A stretch of DNA of 64,000 nt from assembly GCA_013239625.1 (NCBI GenBank), contig MU053196.1, positions 124,001 to 188,000 of the forward strand, written 5' to 3'. The stretch comes from Lama guanicoe. Taxonomy: Eukaryota. A program made the translations under genes and the position numbers. Positions 38,933 through 51,075 of this stretch are shown in pieces. Within the stretch, counting starts at the first letter, position 1. Each line of letters opens with the position of its first letter. The notes under the pieces are model-generated. The model ran no database searches and had not been told where the DNA came from. It saw only the letters and a list, made by a program, of their open reading frames with translations.

Positions 38933-39080
38933 GGAAGCCGCTAAAGAGTGTCGACGTCGGAAGAAAGAATACGTCAAGTGTCTGGAGAGCCGCGTCGCAG
39001 TGCTGGAGGTCCAGAACAAGAAGCTCATAGAGGAACTGGAGACCCTGAAAGACATCTGCTCTCCTAAGACAGACGTGTAG
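38933..39080 (+). CDS. CREM: CREM exon Ib (alternative bZIP DNA-binding domain II) to stop
   Basis: Long pyrimidine tract + CAG acceptor. Encodes EAAKECRRRKKEYVKCLESRVAVLEVQNKKLIEELETLKDICSPKTDV*. Confidence 0.97.
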
Positions 39081-39382
39081 AAATATTTAACTATGGACTG
39101 ATGACAGCGTGTACAGTTGCTTTTGAAGGCAATACAATATACAGCCGGCAAGAACGATGGCTTTTCTCCTTTGTATCATTCATCGGATTTTCTAATCTCT
39201 AACATTCCCAAACTGCTTCCCTGTACGTAGTTAACTCTTAGCTGTAACTTCAATTTTTTAAAAGAGACAAACTAAAAAAAAAAAAAAAAGTACGTAACAG
39301 ATCCTTAAGGTGCGGTATTTGTAGGACTTGTTGCCACATATTTGTAGCTCCCAATCTCTGGGTCAGGAATAGTGTTTTATGC

Positions 39383-39459
39383 AATAAATTTTGTGCAGGT
39401 CTTTAAAAATCACTTTAGGGAAGGATGATCACAGATTACGCATCCAGCAGTACAATAAA
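39383..39459 (+). terminator. CREM: Proximal polyadenylation signals of the CREM 3'UTR
   Basis: AATAAA at 39383-39388 and 39454-39459. Confidence 0.6.
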
Positions 39460-40142
39460 AGTAAACCACTGAAAATACCTCAGGAGAAACAGAATGCACC
39501 CAAGGATACGCCTGTGTGAAAGTAATGCCAAGGAATTTACGGCACCTGCAGATTTTTATGTTAGTTGCTTTGTAAAGAAGATACTGTGTTGCGGCCCTTG
39601 AGCGCACAGCTGAAGGGAGTTCTTAACAGAACTGTGCTGGTTACACTTTGTAGTATTTGCTGCTCATTTATCTATCTGAACAGTTCCTATAGTTTTGACT
39701 CTGTTGTGTTACATAAAAGATCTCACATAAGTTTCTGAGTTTTTAGTGTCGCTTGGATGTTCTGTGATGAGAGGTAACACAAATGTTAACATCTGGACTG
39801 AGTCGCGAGCTGAGGTAGGAGTGTGCGCGCCTTCGGGGGTCCCTGGCCGCCCCGGCAGTGGGCCTGGGCTCTGCAGGGCTTGTCCCGCCGCCTCATCGGG
39901 CCCGGCGTTTGCCGAGAAGAGCGGCTGCCGGAGGTCAGCCAGACGGGGCCGTCAGCTTGGAGATCTGACTTGGAGATCTGACTAACCATAGGAGTGTTCA
40001 AGTAAAAACAAAAACAATCCGAGATTGTATTTCCCGTTTCCGAACAGCCTGCAGGCTCCGTTAGCTCAGGTATGTGTAAGTTAGCACATCCGGATGCAGC
40101 TGTGTTGAGTTCTTCCTGGCAGCCCGTTTCAGCTGCTTTCAT

Positions 40143-40148
40143 AATAAA
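40143..40148 (+). terminator. CREM: Candidate distal polyadenylation signal
   Basis: AATAAA about 1.06 kb after the Ib stop codon; usage cannot be shown from sequence. Confidence 0.4.
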
Positions 40149-41149
40149 AAGCTTCAGGGTGTCACCCTGCCGGTGAGAGGCTCCAGCACCTTCGCACATG
40201 AATCTGCTCGGCGCCCCCGAGTGCGGGTTCTCCGCTGACTCCTGACCCCGTGTTGGCCATGGAGCTGGTCCCTGTGGATGAGGGCCAGACCTGGGGGGCC
40301 CCCCACGCCCTCCTCCTCTTCTCACCTGTAACCCCTGCCTTGCAGGGCTCTCTTTAGAAGCACTCCTCCGTCAGGGTCTGGGCTTTGAAGTCTTTCATCT
40401 CAGCTTTTGCCTTGTCTCCTACAGAGAAGAGAGACGAAAGGCCAGCAAGAAAGGAGGGAAGGAACCCCAAGTTTCAGGTGAAGGAAGAGGGTGCCTCGAA
40501 CTCACACATTCATTCACTGACTCGTCCTCTCCTGCAGCTGAGCAGCTGGGCAGTCAGTGGCCGCGGCATGCGCACCTGGGGTGTGGACGCAGAGGGAGAC
40601 ACCAGCCAGCAGACAGGACGCACCTGAGGCGAGGTGATCAGCGCTGGGGGCCGGCTGCAGGAGGCTGGGCTGGGGCAGGTGTCCAGACGGGTTGCAGAGC
40701 CTGTGCCCCTCCAAGGAGCTTGAGGCCTGGAGCTGGGGTGGGGGGGCGGAATTAGGACCTACCCGGGTTGCTTTAGTTTAAAGGACAGAGTGTGTGCACG
40801 TGCGTGTGCCCTGCTCTAAGGAGGTGGTTGTTTCCAGGAAGGAGATTCCATCTGATTACTGGGGCCCCTTCTCCCTGGCCACGTGACACTAAGGAGCAGG
40901 GCGGAGGAGGGGGTGACGCAGCCGGACTCTCGGCCTCTGCTCCCGTGTGACCTGGCCCCGGCCCTCCTGCCCGGCTGCAGCTCCTCTTGTGTGGTTTGCA
41001 GGGCAGGGAGGGTGTGCACAGAAGACCCTGGCAGCCCACTCCCCCAGCCTCACCAGCCAGACATGCGTGTGGTCCCCTCCTGGTCGTCACAGGTGGCCGG
41101 GAGGAGAGGGGATGAGAGCTCTGGTTTCTGGTGCGGAGCCAAATAAATT

Positions 41150-41585
41150 TTTATTTTAACACTTTCATTGTGGTCTGGTTCCTGTACAATAAAGTACACA
41201 TATTTCAGATGCACACTTTCATGAATTTTTGATAGGTCTATACACCCCTGAAACCACCACCACAATCAAGATACCTAACATTTCCATCACTCCCCAGGAG
41301 GTGCAAATTTCAAATTCCCAGTTTATCCCTTTCGCCTCTGGTAGCCAAAAGTTTGTTCTCTGTCTGTGAGTCTGTCTCTGTTTTGTAGATAAGTTCATTT
41401 GTGTCCTTTTTTTCAGATTCCACATATAAGCAATATCATATGGTATTTATCTTTCTCTTTCTGGCTCACTGCACTTAGATTCCATTGTATAAATACACCA
41501 CAGCTTCTTTATCCAGTCCCCTGTTGATGGACATTTAGGTTGCTTCCATGTCTTGGCTGTTGTAAACAGTGCTGCTGTGAATAGC
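41150..41585 (-). mobile_element. L1 3'-end fragments
   Basis: aaccaccaccacaatcaagata...catttccatcac; ttcagattccacatataag; gatggacatttaggttgcttccatgtcttggct. Confidence 0.85.
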
Positions 41586-44321
41586 TGTGGTGTTCTATTC
41601 TTTTTCTTTTTTCCAGCCTCAGTATTTTAAAAAGCTCTGAGGGCTGGGGTCAGAGCAGTTTCTTACTGTTTACAGCATTGTAAAGCAACTATACTTCAAT
41701 TTTAAAAAATTAAAAAAACCACCCACTAGGGCTAGGCTCCATCTCCTTGTTAACTGGAAAGGGGGGCATGGAGACGGGGAGAGTGGCCGGTGCTTCTGAG
41801 GTGCAGCGGGACTGAGAAATGGGGGCCACACAGAGCAAAGTCCCTGCCCACATATGGGCCAAGTCCTCGACATGCAGGTGAGCACCAGGGTCCCACAGGG
41901 AGGGTCCAGGGGGAGGTCGAGGATCTTATTTGCTAAAAATATACATATTCTCTTAATTTCAGTCACTTCCCCCTAAATCTTCTAAGAAAAGTGACTGCTT
42001 TGTGTTTTAAAAGGGGTTTTAAAGAACACTAGAACCTTCTAAAATCTGTGAACTGACCACCAGAGGGAGCCAGATTGACAAAGAAATAAATGACCTCCCT
42101 CCTGGGCTGAGCAGTCTTAACCCACAGGTCCAAGATGAGCCCTGTGTGGGAATCACTGGTCTGAAAGTGGCTTTTAAAACAATTCCTCGAGATAACAATC
42201 AGCACATTCAATGTCTAAAAAAGGCAGCAAACAATGTGGTTTTCAACAAGAGAAGCCTTCATGCTAAGCCTTTCCTATTGGCTGTGGGTGGAGAGCAGGT
42301 GCGACCCCAGGACAGAACACACTGAACCTAGAACTGCAGGCCAGAACCGAGTGTGACAGCTGACCTAGTGTGTCTGGGAAAGGCCCTGGGAAGACGGCGT
42401 CAGAAATCTGTAGGCTCTCTGCTCCCCGCCCACAGGATGCCCCCTCCCCAGAGCTCTCGGACTGGGCAGCGGTGGGTGGGGGGTGGGGGGGGGACCAGCC
42501 AGGGCGGCTCCCTCCAGCCACTGCTTCCTCTTCCCAGGCCGGGAGAAGGAACTTTTCTCTTTTCCTTTCCTGTTTCAAGGGGCTCCCTTACACTCTGGCC
42601 TAAAGTAATTGTGTTTTACATTTTTCAAAAGCTCGTCAGTGTGAAAGTTTATGCCCTTGTCATTCACAATCTACGAGCCAGCCTGATTTGCCCCTGGAAA
42701 TACAAAGACAGTGCATTCGGCATTGAGAAAGTTCTGTCTCTTTCAAAGCCTGTTTTGCAAGTTTGTGATCTTAAAAATTCTCAGAAGCAAAGACTAGACT
42801 GAAAAAACGTAACGTTTTCTCTTGGCCTTCCTTCCACAAGAATCATCATCCTGCCTGAGACAGATGGACACCGCCAACAGAGTGGGGAGGTCTTGTTCCA
42901 GGTGCTGGGAGAACATCCCATCACGTATCTAAAGACAATACCAATTATGATTAGTCAGCCTGCAGTCAGCCCAGCTTCACCGATACTTCTAACGCCTGAT
43001 GTCTGAGCGGTCGTTATTAAGAGCCAAGCAAACAAATAGTTCCCATTCTCTTGCACACACCTTCTCCATTAGGGTGTTCCAATCTCCCTACCTGGAGGCA
43101 TCTGCTGGGGCCACTCCAACCCTCCACAGACATTAGACCAAGCAAATGTTTTCCATTTCTCGATGACTGATGTGAGTACAATAACGAGTCTAAACGGCTA
43201 AAGAATCATTCCAGAACAATTTTTCAAACGATCCCAAAACTATACTAACAGAACTGGCTGATGTGGAGGGTGGCTCACGTGGTGCCTGCGCACCTGCTGG
43301 ACGGCTGGGTGGTGCCCTGACATCGGGTGAGAGAGGCTGCAGGGGTGAGGACACCCTGGGCTGGTCACCCAGTGCTGGAACAGTTACATCTTGGCAGCTA
43401 CTAGGTGCTGTAAAAGGCTGAACAGCAATTTGAAACGACACAGTAAACACCAGTGGGAGAAAACAGAGACCAATGAAGAGAGAAAAGCAGAGCCCTCCCT
43501 CTGCTTTGCTGTAGTCAGGGAGCCAGTCACTGTCACCTGTGTCCTGGTGGAGACACAAAGGTGGGCAGAGGAGTGGGAAGGCTTTGAACAGAGCAGAAAG
43601 GGAAGCTTCCAGGTGCGCCCGACCGGAGGCTGTGGCAGGGCAGGCCGGGGTGGACCATCCCGAGTCCAGCACCCAGCGTGACAGGTTGGGGTGCATTTTG
43701 GCTTTGTCTGGTTGGTCCTAAGGTGGAAGCAGGGACAAAAATCAGGAAAGGCTGTCAGTTATTAATCAAGTCCTGGCCGTTTGGGGCCAGTTGTTACTTT
43801 ACAGAAGTTAGTTTAGCCTCCTGGCTTGTTGCTAGAGACGGTAGCCTTGCTTCCTGGGCTGGTGACTAGGCGGGGCTGCTCCCCTGGGCAGGTGGCTGCA
43901 GCTTATGGGTCCGAGCCCTATTTTTATGGATGGTCTGGCCGTTGTCTGTATGCACATTCAGTCTCTCACATCCCATTCTTTACTCTATATAACAGAAAGG
44001 AAAACTAAACAGACACACCCAAAAGATGTTACTGATAAATTTTTTAATCATTGTGCTCTTTTAGAATTAAGATATTTAAATTTCAAATATATTCTTCAGA
44101 CGGGTCAGGTGCAGACATTCTGTGTAAATCACTTGTTTTATGAAAGCCTACAATCAGGCGCCTCACTAGGTGGGCTGCAAAGGCGTGTGTGTTTATGTGC
44201 TGTGCTCTGGAACGTCAGCTCTGAGAGGCACCTCAGCCCTGGCGTCAACAGGCCTGATACGCAATAGGCACAAAAGAGGTATTTACTGAATGAATTAATG
44301 CTTCTAGCTCTTTTTTAAAAA

Positions 44322-44645
44322 AATTATTTTTAACTGTGGTAAAATACATACGACATGAAGTTTACCGTTTTAGCCATTTTTAGGTGTACACTTGAGTGGT
44401 GGTAAGTACATTCACTTGGTTGTGTAATCATCTCCAGAACTCTTTTCATCTTGCAAAACTGAAACTCTACCCATTAAACACCAATTCCCCATTGGCCCCT
44501 CTCCCCAACCTGGCTCTGAGTATGATTTCTTGTATCTGCGGAATCATAGTCTTTGTCCTTTTGTGATGGACTTATTTCACATGGTATAAATCCTCAAGGC
44601 TCATTCATGTTGTAGCACGTGTCAGAATTTCCTCGCTTCCTTTCT
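44322..44645 (-). mobile_element. L1 (L1MB-like) 3' fragment, left part of an interrupted copy
   Basis: gtggtaaaatacata...ctcttttcatcttgcaaaactgaaactcta...catgttgtagcacgtgtcagaatttcc. Confidence 0.85.
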
Positions 44646-44649
44646 TTGG

Positions 44650-44755
44650 TAAATTTTAATGTACTTTTAAATTATTTTAATGGCAGTAATGGGACTGAAC
44701 CAGGACCGCGTGCATGCTAAGCATGCATGCTACCCGCTGAGCTGTACCGTCCCCC
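44650..44755 (-). mobile_element. tRNA-derived SINE (Vic-1-like) inserted in the L1
   Basis: caggaccgcgtgcatgctaagcatgcatgctacccgctgagctgtaccgtccccc. Confidence 0.85.
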
Positions 44756-45184
44756 TTCCTTTTTTTAACCTTCCCCCACCTACCCCTCCCCCACCAACTC
44801 AGGAAGGATCAGTCTGAGAACGGTGAACTCACAGCAGTGCCTTTTTTTCTCTCCGCTCATTTTTGGCATTTGGAAATGGCCACCCCTCCAATCCTCATCT
44901 CCCTCGTCAATAAAACAGCGTTGTAAGGTGTTCATTGCACACGTGCGCTGATCTGTCCTGCCCCACGAGCCAGGCTGAGGGCTAAGCCCTCCTGATGGGC
45001 CCCTTGAGCTTCCCCCCAACCCTATCTCTGTCCCTCAATGCCCTTCCCTCCTCTTCCGACCCTCCCGGAGCTGAGGGCCCAGGGTACGGGTGGGTCATGA
45101 CACTCACAGGTCAGGGCTGGGATGAGAGTGACCCAGAGGAAGAAAACCCACACCATCCAGGACAACGTAGGGATTCTGGGGGAA

Positions 45185-45480
45185 ATCCTGCCTTTTTAAG
45201 GCTGAACGATACTCCCCTGTGTGTACGTACACCACGGTTCGTTTATCTGTTAGTGGCCCCCAGGTTGCTCCCACTTTTTGACTGCTGTGAGTAGGACGGC
45301 TGAGAACAGGAGCTCACAAAAGCCTCCCGGATCCTGCCTTCTCTTCTTCCGGGTATCCGCCCGAAAGTGGGGCTGCTGCGCCAGACGGCTCTTTCCACTC
45401 CCGGGGCCCCCGCGCTAGTTTCCACAGCGGCCGTGCCATCGCGCGCCCGTGGCAGCACCGCACAGGCGGCTCCCGACTCC
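45185..45480 (-). mobile_element. L1 fragment, right part of the interrupted copy (unusually CpG-rich)
   Basis: cctttttaaggctgaacgatactcc...tttccacagcggccgtgccatc continues the L1 consensus from about 44640. Confidence 0.75.
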
Positions 45481-45859
45481 GGAGCCGGACGCCTGGGTGC
45501 TGGTCCGGGGCAGGGAGCAGCGGTGACTCGGGACGGGTGAGCAGGTGACAGAGCGTGGAGTCACCCGGGAACCTAACGCTGCCTGACGAGAACCCCAAGA
45601 CGCAAAGCTCGTGCGGGGTTATTGCAATGTTCAGTCATGGGTGCTCTCACGGTGCTCCGGACGGAAGGGAAACGGGAAATTGTGTTTGCTTCCCACTGTG
45701 TAAGGAGGCAGGCATCTGCGTGTGCTTTAGAAAAACATCCACTGATAAGTATGTAGTACTGAAGTGTTCAATTTTATTATAATTTCCAAAACTAAGAGTT
45801 CCATCAAAAATAGTGACATTTTTCAAAGGGCTGGTCTTTGTGTGTATGTGTGTGTGCCT

Positions 45860-46180
45860 TTTAAAAAAATTTTATTCTTTACTGAAGTATAGTCAGTTTA
45901 CAATGTTGTGTCAGTTTCTGGTGGACAGCGTCGTGTTTTAGTCATACATGTACATGGATATATTCATTTTTGTGTTTTTTTCATTATAAGTTACTGCAAG
46001 ATATTGACTACAGTTCCCTGTGATACACAGTAGGACCTTGCTGTTTATCTGTTTTATGTATAGTAGTTAGTATCTGAAAATCTCGGTAAGATTTGTTTTC
46101 TTATGTTTGTTTTCTATGTCTGTGAGTTGTGAGTCTGTTTCTGTTTTGTAAATGAGTTTTGTGTCTTGTTTTTAGATTCA
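45860..46180 (-). mobile_element. L1 3' end (cetartiodactyl-type)
   Basis: actgaagtatagtcagtttacaatgttgtgtcagtttctgg...cagttccctgtgatacacagtaggacc. Confidence 0.85.
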
Positions 46181-47400
46181 AAGGGCTGATCTTTCAGGTT
46201 TTCCTTTATCCAGGAAGTTCCTGTACACGGCCTGGACCCCTCATTGTAAGACCACGTGAGACTTTCCAAATATGAAGCATGATGTATTAAGGACATATAC
46301 TCAGCCAAAATAATATTTTCAGCTACTGGTGAGTACGTGGTTGTGAAATGTTTATTGATTAAGGAAGGAAGTAATCCACAGAGCTGGGAGAACAGGTGTG
46401 GAGCTGAAAACTCAGACACCTGTGAAATAGGACCCTGAGGGTGGAGGTAAAATCCTGTAGGATTTCTGAAGTGGCATCTTTCCCAGCCTCATCTTTCTTA
46501 ACTCACTGACAAACCAAACCACAGGAGAATGACAGGTCTAACAGTTTGTCACCACTTGTGAGGGAGGTGGGTCTTACAGATGGAGTGCTAGGAACCTGGA
46601 CGGAGTGAGGAGGTGACATCAGGCCTGGGAGGGGCATGACCTAGCTATGACACACAAGGGGCATTATTACAGTGTGAGGACTGCACCTGGGGGCACAGGG
46701 GTGGCCGAAGGGACGTGCCCCTAACCCAGGCAAGGACCACTGCGCCCACCCCAAGTGTGGCTGGCAGGGAGAGGCATGGTGGTGAGCTGGGAGCCTGGCC
46801 AGGGGCCGCTGGGGATTGGGGGGTCTGGGAGTCAGGAGAAACATCTGTCTGAAAGCTTGGCCAACAGAGACTGAAGCCAGGGAGACCGCAAGGCTAGGGA
46901 CCCCAGGTGATCTGAGCAGAAGGCACCGGAACTGAGAATAAACAAGAAACTGACAGTTAAATCGGCAGAGGGTCACTGGAGGGAGTGTGGGGACATCGTG
47001 ACCATGAGGCTCCCCTGTGCACCTTGACCTGGGAAGGTGCGCCATCACTCTGTTGGCCCCGTGTCCTGGCTCCTGGGTCACGTCAGGTGTGCTGTCACTC
47101 CAGGTTCACGGCGAGGAAGCTGGGCAGTGAGCCCGAGCCCCCTGGGCACAGGGACACCAGGAGCTGAGCTGGGACTGGAACCACCTGCTCTGGAACTTTT
47201 TGCTGCCAGGTGAGCCTTGGTCCTGTCATTTTTCAGTGCTGAACATCTTCAGCCTAGAAAGCTTTTGTTTCTAGTAAATGTATTATGTCTTCATGGGCAG
47301 TGAGTTGGGGGACAGTGACTTGTGTAAACAAATCATTCAAAATGTATTTTAGTTAAAGTGGCTGTGAGAGAAGCCTCGTATCTCTGCTTTTAAGAATGTT

Positions 47401-47994
47401 GATGATGGATAAAGAAGCTGTGGTATATTTATACAAGGGAATACTACTCAGCCATGAAAAAGAGCAATGCCATCTGCAGCAACATGGATGGACCTGGAGA
47501 CTGTCATTCTAAGTGAAGTAAGCCAGAAGGAAAAAGAAAAATTCCACATGATTTCATTCATATGCAAATTAGAAAAAGACACAAATGACCTTATTTACAA
47601 ACGAGAAACAGACTCACAGACATAGAAAGCAAACTTATGGTTACCAGAGGGGAAAGAGGGTGGGAAGGGATAAATTGAGAGGTGGATATTTGCAGATACT
47701 AACTACTGTTATAAAAATATAAACAGTAGTTTATATATAAAAATATATAAAAATATATATATATTATATATATATAATATATATATTATATAATATATAT
47801 ATAATAGATAAATATATATAAAAATAGATAAACAGTAAGTTCTTCTGTAAAGCACAGGGAACTATATTCAATATCTTGTAACCTACAATGAAAAAAATAT
47901 GAAAAGAAATATATACATGTATGAGTGAACTATTACACTGTACACCAGAAATTGAAACACTGTAAACTGATTGTACTTCAATTAAAAAAATAAA
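47401..47994 (+). mobile_element. L1 3' end (cetartiodactyl-type) with internal (AT)-rich expansion at about 47710-47830
   Basis: tggataaagaag...tactactcagcc...gcaacatggatggacctggag...cttcaattaaaaaaataaa. The stretch ataaacagta is repeated either side of the AT tract. Confidence 0.9.
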
Positions 47995-49379
47995 GTGCTG
48001 GTGACAGGCTTGGGAGCTGTTCACAGCAAGCCTTCACACTGGGAGGATTAGGAATACATTGGGATTGTTAGCAGACTGGAGATACCTGGCAATGAAGATA
48101 AGCGTGAAGGAACAATCTGGGCCTATTCTGTACAAACCTGTTTATTTTCTTGACAAAGGGGAAAGTTAAGTGGAGAAGCCAGCTGAGGGTTTCTGCAGCA
48201 GTTCTGGTTGTGGATCTCTGAGTCATTTCTATTATCCCTTACTAAACTTAGGTTTGCAATTTTTGTGCTTAAGTAACCTCCTTGGAGATGTTCCGCCTGT
48301 GTCTCTCCTGTGTGGTTGTGCAGCCGGAGCTCAGGGCCCTGGGAAGAGGGCATCACAAGGACAGTGCCAGAGGACTCTAGGTGTGTGCCTGAGCGGGCTG
48401 CAGCACAGGTCTGAAGACAGACAGAGGCGTCGTGTCACTGATGTGGGACACACGGTTGCCCGTGTGGAGCCGAACATCCCTAAATGTTAAGGAGAAAGTA
48501 AGGCTTTTCAGGGCAGATGCTCCAAAGCCCACAGCTTCTCAGAAGCAGGAGCACAGGTCCGGCAGGTCGGTTGCTGGAGGGGATCTGGCTCAGAAATCCC
48601 ACTTCAGTGTCGACCTCCTGGGCCCTACCAGTCTTAGATGATTCCTGGAGACAGAGATGCCACACTGCATGCAGGGAAGGGGCCGCTTCACCTGGAGGCC
48701 GGTGAGGTTCCAGGGATCCGAGAGCTCTACACACCGTATATGGTCATGACCCTCCAGGTCCACTGTGAGAAGCGGCGTGCTCCTCACAGGCTCACCGGTC
48801 AGGGTGAGGTTAATGTCCTCATCCACAGGCACAAACGAGCTGAGGAACCCCCTCTTGTGGGTGGGGCTGGCAGATCCAAAAGTTAGATTACTTTCTAAGG
48901 CCGAAATGCTAGAAAGGTTGACGATGGAGTTCTCCCTCCAGGTCCCCCTTCCCTCGGTATTTTTCTCCCCAGCTGCTCCTTAGGAGAAGGGCCAAGAGTT
49001 TAGGACAGGGAGTGAGGCAGAGAGAAGTGGCTTGCCCGAAGTCAGTGAGCCAGTAAATGACACATGGAAACCTCCCATTCATTGTTGCTTGACCAGCCAT
49101 CAAACATCAACTAGTCTGGGGTGCCGTCTGGGGTAGGTCACGTGTGTGGTTTCTCTGGGAAGGGCTTCGTCCACCTGCAACACACTGGACTTGCCTGATG
49201 AGGTTATTTTTTGTGGAAGGAGAAGAGGAACTGGCTAAAGAGAATTTAAAATTTGGTGAGACCAGTTAAATCAGGGTAATTATACCGTCTGCACCACAGT
49301 GTCAGTTTAGGTTGAGAAACTCAAATCCAAAATAATTGAGAGTCAGTTCCTCCAAGGATCAACAGTCATCCTGACACCC

Positions 49380-50047
49380 AGCGTCGCCCTCATCCCATGT
49401 CCAGTCTGCTAGGAGATCCGTCAGCCCCCTTCTGAAGCCTCTGCTGCTGCTAAGGTCTGAGCAGCCTGCCTGGCTTGTGCGCTCTCCCCTTCCCCACGGT
49501 CTTCTCTGCACGGCCGCTGGCCTGGGGTCCTTTCAGAGCTCTGAAGCCGCAGCCACTCCTTACTTCACGTGGAGTAAAAGCCTCACAGTGCGCTAGACAG
49601 CGGAGCTCTTCTGGGGGACCCTGGGCCCTGTGACCTGCCTGCCCTCCCACGCACTCATGAGCTCTTCCAGCCACACTGGACACACCAGGCATGCTCTCAC
49701 CGCAGGACCTTTGCTCTGTTCTCTGCCTGGAATGCTCCCCTCTGGTATCCTCTTGGCTGACTCCCTCACCTTCATGCTGGCTTCCAAGTCCCACTTCTTC
49801 AGTGTGGCCTTCCCAGTCACCCACTTCACATCCCTCTTGCCACCCTGATGGATGTTCCCTGCACTGCTGTTTCTTTGTGGCCTGTCACCTCTGGTGCATT
49901 GTGCATGTGTGCACGTGTGGTACCTCTTTCAGCTGCTCTGGCATGTCAGTTCCAGTAGAACGTTCTTATTTGGCTCATTGTGCCAACTGCCAAGAGCAGT
50001 GCCCGATACCTCGAAGACACTATGTATATATTTGTTGAACAAGTGAG
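49380..50047 (+). mobile_element. L2 3' fragment
   Basis: ccagccacactgg...ctctgcctggaatgctc...cagtgcccgatac...atatttgttgaacaagtga. Confidence 0.75.
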
Positions 50048-50975
50048 CGAAGCCGGCCACTGAAGGAGGTCAGCACCTGAGCATCTGCGTGTGTGTTTGC
50101 TGAGTGAGGACACTGGAGGCTGGAGGGAGAGAATGAGGCTGGGGGCAGTGACAGCCGACTGGATGTGAAACTTTCAGCTTGTTTCCGTTTTAACCTGGGA
50201 GGTAAGCAGATAGGTTGATGTCCTGAAAATGAAACAAGAAAACCCACACAGACCCAAACTGAAAGGAAACCGTGGCTGGTGGAAATCTGTTCAGGAGTGT
50301 GATCTTCCGATAAATGGCTTTAGTTTCACGTCTCTAAGGATCAAAATTAGACTGAAATGCTAACTGAGCTAAAAAGTACTCGATAAACAGATGCGAGCGT
50401 GGACGTAGCCCCTCGTGGTGGTTTGCTCGGACTCCACGTGATATGTCCTGGGATGCTCAGCAGTGGAGTCTGACCCTCCTGTGGCCAGAGGAGCTGGAGG
50501 CCTGAGGGGCTCATCCTGGGCATGGAGGGGGCTGGGAGAGCCCTCTGCTGAAGGCGGGGGACAAGGGATTGCTTCAGACCTGAGTGCCTACTGGGAGGGT
50601 CTGCAGCCTGTGGGTGTTCCTCTCTGCCGCCGCCTTTTCTCGGCCCCCTTTATCCTTCCCAGCCTGGTGGGCAAAACTGTCCCTGTGGGCTTTGGTTCCA
50701 GGTGAAGATTTATTAGCTGCGCTGCATCCGTTAAGCTGCTGGACTGAGCGCGGGCTGTCTGCTCGGTGGTGGAGGGCCGGGGGTGAAGCCTTCCCGAGAC
50801 AGCGGTCCTCTGGGCGCCCGTCAGGGCTCTGAGCCCCGCTGCACTCGCTTGTCCGATTTCCTCTCATGGAGAGTCCCTGCTGCCATGCCCTCACTTCACC
50901 GATGAGGGTGCTGGATCTGGGGCAGTTGCCCAGGTTGTGCAGATCCTGGGCCTGGGTGGTGAGTCTTCAGCTCTC

Positions 50976-51075
50976 TCCCATTTTACAGGAGAGGAGGTTG
51001 AGCCCTGGAGGTTAAGAAATTCGCTCAAGCTCCATGGCTGGCTGGTGGCGGAGCTGGGGCCCCGCCTGTCCTCAG
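50976..51075 (-). mobile_element. MIR fragment
   Basis: cccattttacaggagaggaggttgag...gaggttaag...ggtggcggagctgggg. Confidence 0.65.

Noticed and set aside
38557..39080. Two tandem bZIP regions as a gene duplication or novel system
   Set aside because: This is the well-known alternative DBD I / DBD II acceptor arrangement of CREM.
41142..41193. AATAAA pair as the CREM terminal poly(A) site
   Set aside because: The signal at 41188 lies within an antisense L1 3' end that natively carries this motif, and the one at 41142 abuts the L1 tail. There is no independent support.
9579..44755. tRNA genes, or a CRISPR-like dispersed repeat system
   Set aside because: The tRNA-like heads have A-rich tails, TSDs and diverged stems and are scattered in both orientations, so they are SINEs. 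There is no repeat-spacer array.
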